A stretch of DNA of 62,878 bases, filler included, from Hyphochytrium catenoides (taxonomy: Eukaryota; Protista; Hyphochytriomycota), in assembly GCA_900088475.1 (NCBI GenBank). It is 8 parts of 8 records of this genome, joined end to end, with 100 filler letters (N's around TTAATTAATTAA, not from the genome) between each part and the next. Parts side by side here need not be neighbours in the genome. Positions count along the whole stretch, not along the records: positions 56,468 to 62,878 come from FLMG01001598.1; 7 more parts are not named here. The stretch is one strand, 5' to 3'. Below the pieces are notes generated by a model. It was not told where the DNA came from. It saw nothing but the letters and a program-made list of their open reading frames with translations, and made no database searches. Made by a program: the position numbers and the translations under genes. Positions 57,277 through 62,878 of this stretch are shown here, piece by piece. Numbering within the stretch: the first letter of the stretch is position 1; every line of letters starts with the position of its first letter.

Positions 57277-60200
57277 TTACAGATGTTCTCGTAGTAGTGA
57301 GCATATCACGCATAGGCATTGCTCAGCCTTGTCCAATCCAAAGACCTCCGTCTGAATCATGGTAAGACTAGAATGAAGTTCGTGAAGTTTGCTCCGGATC
57401 GTAGGGATTTTCTTTCTTATACTTTCTAAGATGCGCATCTTCTTTTCGACATTCAGTTGACATGTTGCCAGTCGAACGAACAGAGTAAAATGATACACCG
57501 TCATAAAGGCGGCTTGTGTTTTTAGCCTATCTGTCTGGGCATTTCCTTGTTCCGACACTTGAGAGTTCAGACCCTTAGCCCACCAATAAGTGGAAATGTC
57601 ATGTCCTGACGGATGTAGGTACTACGTTAGTTGTCGTTACATGGTCGATGGATATGTGTACGAAATAGCAAATGCTTAGCTACCTGGAGTGCATCCTATG
57701 TGAGCTTTGGCGTGTAATCTGTCAACGAGAAACACCGTATCCCGGAAGTAGTGTGGTTCTCGGTTCATGCAATACTCAAGGAGTTTGCAGGCATTGTCGT
57801 AGATAACTACTCTTCGAGCGTGGGGGAACCTACTATACAAGGCAGAAAATACAGTCTCCGGGCTCTCAGGATGCGGCATCAGAGTGAAGCCTAGAAGGAT
57901 AACAGAGGAAGCTCTTTTGCATGAGCACTATCTTTGTATGAATTGCTGTCGACAACTTACCTAAGTAGAAACCATGAGGACAGCTGTAAGTAAACATCCC
58001 CGGTAGGAGACTGGCATGCCTTCCCTTATAGTCCTTGGAACAGTCAAACAGCTCCCAGTCCCGGGTGGGACTTAGATAATAATGAAAATGACGCTCTCGT
58101 GAGAGGGAAGGCAGCCAAATACCACGTGATATGTCATCTTCCACGGGAACCGGGTGCCATGTCCGGTCGTCTTCTCCATCCTCGCCAGGGGCTACTTGCA
58201 GGTTGCATTTCTCTACTAAGGACCTGAATAGCGGTTTCAGGCTCTCGATTGACTTGTCACGATGCTCCATCTCGTCAACAAGATCTCGCAAAAGAGGGAA
58301 GAACGCTTTGAGAGTCCACTTGTCCCGTCCTGTCAGCGTCTTGCCGGTCCCCATTCCTCCTATCACTTCCTGCACCTTTGCAGGATTCTTCACGAGCCCT
58401 TGATAGACGGAAGTAGTCTTGGTCAGTGCTCGCAACAATCGCCTCCCGGCTGGGGCATCCATGCGCAGATACATGTATCTATGTCCATCGACCTCCAAGG
58501 TTTCCCCTATCGCTTCCACTAGTGAACCTATCCCTTCCGGTCCTCGTTCGCAGGCTCTCATGAGCACCTGGCAAAACATCGACATATTAGTCATGGAAAA
58601 GGCGCTATGCTCATATGGATAATGGTTACTTCGCTTTCAATGGGTTCTGCTACGGTGGACTCTGCGAAGCGTCGGAGGCCGTTTCGAGCAAACTTATCTG
58701 ATATGAAAACCCTACTCTCTGATAGTGAACCGCGCAGTTTGCGCTGGTCATCGATCATTGGACGCTTCCTTATATGCTCAGGTTTCAAAAACTCTCTTCG
58801 GGGTGCCACTGTAGTGCCATCAACGATGATAACGGTACACTCAGATAATGTACCACAGTGAGGACAGGTTGAAAGCTCCGTCCACTTGTCAGTTAGACAT
58901 TCAATAAAGGACCAAAGAACCTTACTGAAAGTGGGCAGTGGAAGATCAAACCTCCCTTGATTTGATAGCTGGTACATATTATTCCAATGCTCAAGTACTG
59001 CGTTGAAAGACGTGCCCTTCACCGCAGACTTCAGGGATAGTACGCATAATTCGTAAGCTACTGCTGATTCACAAGAGACCCGGAAGATTCCCCAGCCGTG
59101 GCCGTCCCACTCCAGCACTGCGGAGCAAGAACTGCAAGGGATTCTAGGCGCTCTTAATTGGACTCTCCGCCTTAGACCCCAAAATGTACAATCAGTGTAC
59201 TGTGCAGGTGTTGGAGCTCGTCGCCACTCTGAACCACAATTCCAGCAAACGGCACCACACAAACATGCGTCGTCCGACCCTTTACCCTTCGACGGACAAA
59301 CACAGCCATGATATAGCTCCATTTCGGGAATCACTACTGATAGTTCTGATTCCAAAGCACTGGGACGCCTATTTATGAGCTCCAACATGCTGTCCTCGTC
59401 ACCCCACGCTATTTTTCTGCAGCCTTTCTTGCGGAATGGGTTATTTGATTCATCCTATGTATTCGAGCAAAAAAATAGACAAGTAAGAAGAGCCTTCCTG
59501 TAGCTTAGTGCGAGCCATCTGGTTTGGTCTAGTACGTACCCTTTCACCTTTATTTGGCCTTCCATCACCATTGTCTCGCCTGGCTCTATCGGCGGACTTC
59601 GGATCTTGACCGCCCAGTATCTGTTCCGAATGCCGACAACATGCTTGTGTCCGACACCTCTGACAAATAACAACTTCTCCTGATCTGGTCACCACAGCCC
59701 TGTCCCACAGCAACTCTCTTCCATCACTGGTGTTTGTTGAATGAGTACTACCGCTGACGCTAAATAATTGCGGCTCGCACATCGCCGGGGCAGTTAACGG
59801 TACAACTTGCCCTGATAACGTCCGGTAGAGGGAAGTGGTGGCACGGACGCTGTCTTCCTCATTTTACCGTGAAAAATAGCCGCAGCGCTTTGTAACGACA
59901 GGCATACAGTTAGACCTTACTACTATTATGTGATAACCAGTGATCATGAGCAACAACTGTTACCTTGCATGAAGACAGAGCTCGAAGTCCCCACACCTCA
60001 CTGTCTCCTGGTACATTTCAATGAAACAGGACCATGATGAAGCGTTATGCGCCTCTTGTAACAAGACTTGAGACAATCCTCTGTCTTCGCAGTCGCATAG
60101 CCACAGATCATCAACAGTTTGCTCGTGGCGAGTGGTTCCGGCCTTTGACCTCGATGGACACTCAACCGAGGCCTCCCCAGGCCAAACGTTCTTTGCCCGA

Positions 60201-61760
60201 AAGACGTGGCAGAAGGCATCTGGTGCAAGACGGTGGATTTTATCCCTGCGAAGGACCGGCTGTCTGAAAACGTAGAGGAGATCTGAAATAAAGGATAAGA
60301 AAGGGAAGGATTCAGCTTTCATCTGTGTGACAGAAGGAGGATTTTGGCAGACCTAAGTGGGTGGAGAATGCAAGAGCAACAAGGACATGCGGGAGCTGAT
60401 CGACATCAAATATAGCATAAATAGCTAATGAGGGGCCCTCAAGGTAGAAGATAACTCGTGCCACTAGACACGGAGCTGCCAGTTTGGGTGCGGATAGAGA
60501 TATTGAAGAAGACTTTAGAGCGGACCCTCCCTTACCTTCTTTCACAACAAAATATCCCTCCTGCTTTAGGAGTTCAACGGCATAAGCCATTGCCAGGGTC
60601 CTCTCCTCAGGACTAACATGAAGCCCAGTACCTTCATCCTGGCCCCAACCTCCATCAAAAAGATCCGTGGGCCCATTTTCCCAGCCTGCTCTCTCATCGG
60701 CCAAAGCTTCCTGAGCTGCCAAATCCGCTTCTGCTTTCCGCTTCTGTCTCTTTGCATCATCGGCTCGAGCCTGCTCCTCCAAGAATCGCCTTCTCCCTTC
60801 AGAGAATATCCACGGCTCTTTATCCATCTCCGGAAGCAACTTCTTCATAACCACGCCCCATATCTTGCTGTGCCTGTCACAGTCGCACCGGTTTTGGAAA
60901 GCGAACGGGACCCTCTCCTGATTGAAATTGATGCAGCGTTGCTATAGAGGCCATACATAGTATATTAGGGAAAGAAGGAAAGAGTTTTAGGACCATATCC
61001 AAACAGGTCAACGGTAGCACTTCTAACAGTGATTTGAACATAAGGGAATACCTCTTCACAATATCTCCTGGGACAGTGGTACAGTGGCTTCGTTTGGCGA
61101 CCGTGGAAGAGAGCGCAGGCAGGACAAATGTACCGGTTATAGAGTTCTCCTCGGGTTCCTTTGATGGATCTCGTATATGACTCTACGGTAAAGGGATGCT
61201 CCTCAACATACCGCTTGACCATATCAAACTGAAGATACCCAGGTCTGTAGAGCTCCATCATCTCTAAAAGCTGAACCTTAACACTGCCAAAGAATTCATA
61301 ATCATTTATGAACCCTTCTCCTGGACTTTCTCGGCGCTCGCGAGGGTTTAAGCTGAGCCACTTAATAACTCGACTCGAAAAATCGGATGTGAATTCCCGC
61401 TTGCTATGCGTAGCAGACGACGTCATTGATGAGGAGACATCGATAAGCAACCACTACGTTCTGGGACTAACGAGGGCAAGAAGCTCTCAAGAAAAAGAAA
61501 TGGTTTAGCGCAACAACTGATCATAACAGGGTTGAAGGTGAGCGGTTGGTATAGGGACTAAAGTCAGAGGTGGGCCAAATGGAATAGAATACGCCGCAAG
61601 GGCTACACGTAGCTCTGCAAGTTCCGGATGCAGCAAAAATGAGTGTCCCGAGGCTCAAATTGCAGCATCGGAATCTGCCACATGAGCACTCGACGAAGAA
61701 GTTGACGCCGCTTAGATCGAGCTTTGGGTCCAACAACTCAGCATATTTGACCCTTGGTCT
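57277..61760 (-). CDS. KDZ (Kyakuja-Dileera-Zisupton)-type transposase with CxC and SWIM-like zinc domains, multi-exon
   Basis: In-phase introns at 57606-57683, 57891-57960, 58568-58629, 59455-59539 and 60942-61051. Core motifs CPHCG..IIVDGT, GMFTYSCPHGFYLG-FTLMPHPESP, VIYDNACKLLEYCMNREP, VDRLHAKAHIGC and LNSQVSEQGN. Exon structure upstream of ~59860 is less certain. Confidence 0.8.
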
Positions 61761-61913
61761 GCGAAAGAATTGATGAAAGTTTGCTTTAAGTTACAAACTT
61801 TCATATACATAGATCCTTGGCTTTGTTTTCGTTTAACCGTTTTATTTTGTTGCCTTTAATCATGATGTCCTCGATGTCTAGAACTACCTAAGCAAGGACA
61901 TCACCTCCCGCCC

Positions 61914-62153
61914 TGATATTAAGACTGATCTCCCACCTGGGTAATATAAAGACTGATCTCCGTTTTTGCCTCTGCCTAATATAAAGACTGATCTCCGTTT
62001 TTGCCTCTGCCTAATATAAAGACTGATCTCCGTTTTTGCCTTTGCCTAATATAAAGACTAATACAAAGACTGATCTCCGTTTTCCACCTCTGCCTGGTAT
62101 AAAGGCTGATCTCCATGTTTGCCTCCGGCTCTTCTAAGACCGATCTCCGTTTT
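61914..62153. repeat. 35-bp minisatellite (TAATATAAAGACTGATCTCCGTTTTTGCCTCTGCC)
   Basis: Near-perfect copies at 61942, 61977 and 62012, with degenerate copies on both sides. The AAGACTGATCTCC-like core occurs about 7 times. Confidence 0.92.
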
Positions 62154-62376
62154 AACGTCTGCGTCTGCGCAAGTTTTCCACCGCTGTTATGTATCCTCTG
62201 CCCAATGCCCAATAGACCGCCTCTCTCCATGTACACAATGTCATCGGTACGTCTTCCCTCTTCAGGCTCCTACGACGTTCCCTGAGACGGAAGTGTAGGC
62301 TGATTATCAGGTCGATGCAAGAACTCCCTCGACAACAGAAGACGTAGCTAGCAGTAATATTCGTCCAGGTCAGGAA
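62152..62376 (-). CDS. Possible terminal exon of an upstream unknown gene
   Basis: A CTCCTCTCTTCAG acceptor is followed by 74 sense codons (FLTWTNITAS...YWALGRGYITAVENLRRRRR) and TAA. Confidence 0.3.
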   Translation of the reverse strand, partial: FLTWTNITASYVFCCRGSSCIDLIISLHFRLRERRRSLKREDVPMTLCTWREAVYWALGRGYITAVENLRRRRR

Positions 62377-62878
62377 CTGAAGAGAGGAGAAGGCTTCTTA
62401 GGGTTATTAGTATTGCTCTGATGTCCCTCCTGCTCCCCTGACCCTGTCATCCTTGTAGCACTAAAGAGCAGCCCTTTGCAACCTTCTTCTTTGGGTTTCA
62501 AGGTCGATTAATGTCAACACTTTGATTATTGGCTCACAAATTATCCGCCGCCACACTTCTCGTTGGGTTTGGGGACTGATTGTTACCACTTCTCGCAGTC
62601 CGATTTCATGAGGATTCCATTCACTACTTCCCCGGTATTACTCCCGTCGTCAGCTTGGGCTCCTTCTCAGGCTAAGTGTCTCCCTCTTCATAGCATGTGT
62701 CCTCCTCGGAGTGCATCCTGCCGAAAGCGACGCGGGCTGCTCCTGGATTATCTTTCCTGTTGTGAATGTAAGTGTGCTCCATATTCAATCCCATGCACTA
62801 CCCTTATTATCGTTTCAACATCCGAGTCTCTCTACTATAAGACCTCAGCTTCGTCCTATACTCATCAAAACTACCGCC

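Larger units (their letters stand above)
56468..62153 (-). mobile_element. Putative KDZ-superfamily DNA transposon (boundaries not resolved)
   Basis: Transposase gene bracketed by tandem repeat arrays. No TIR or TSD is visible, and the contig edge truncates the left side. Confidence 0.5.

Noticed and set aside
16332-59866. Stop-codon reassignment suggested by in-frame TAA/TGA (16548, 33794, 43955, 59864)
   Set aside because: Long genes (1119, 505 and 393 aa, and all CFAP44 exons) contain no internal stops and end in TAA or TAG. The lesions co-occur with frameshifts, which fits decay.
61914-62153. CRISPR-like array (35-bp repeats)
   Set aside because: Units are head-to-tail with no unique spacers, there are no cas genes, and the context is eukaryotic. 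The same applies to 56468-56625.
1-62878. Functional cluster of ciliary/sensory genes (CFAP44, GPCR, REJ), or Ulp1 plus KDZ as one element
   Set aside because: They lie on different contigs joined artificially, so their adjacency carries no information.

Overview
This is eukaryotic DNA with GT-AG introns and the standard genetic code, probably from a flagellum-encoding protist; the organism cannot be identified from this window. It is not one locus. Eight contigs are joined by artificial 100-nt linkers (44 N + TTAATTAATTAA + 44 N), so genes on different contigs are not real neighbours. Contig 1 (1-11495): partial minus-strand CFAP44/WDR52 gene whose introns are almost pure AG/CT microsatellite. 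Contig 2 (11596-42160): mostly intronless genes and relics, including a ZIP/ZupT metal transporter, orphan membrane proteins, a 5'-truncated CRE-like RLE non-LTR retrotransposon, a VOC/glyoxalase gene, a WD40 pseudogene, and a 1119-aa class C GPCR with two tandem Venus-flytrap domains. Contigs 3-4: degraded TAG-rich DNA with a Ulp1-like protease relic. Contig 5: 3' part of a sterol 3-beta-glucosyltransferase gene. Contig 6: nothing assignable. Contig 7: partial REJ/PKD-type protein. Contig 8: a spliced KDZ-type transposase gene bracketed by tandem repeat arrays. The strongest novelty candidates are the double-flytrap class C GPCR, the polarised self-complementary (AG)n...(CT)n introns of CFAP44, and the multi-exon KDZ-type element. 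All family assignments come from recognising motifs by eye, not from database searches.
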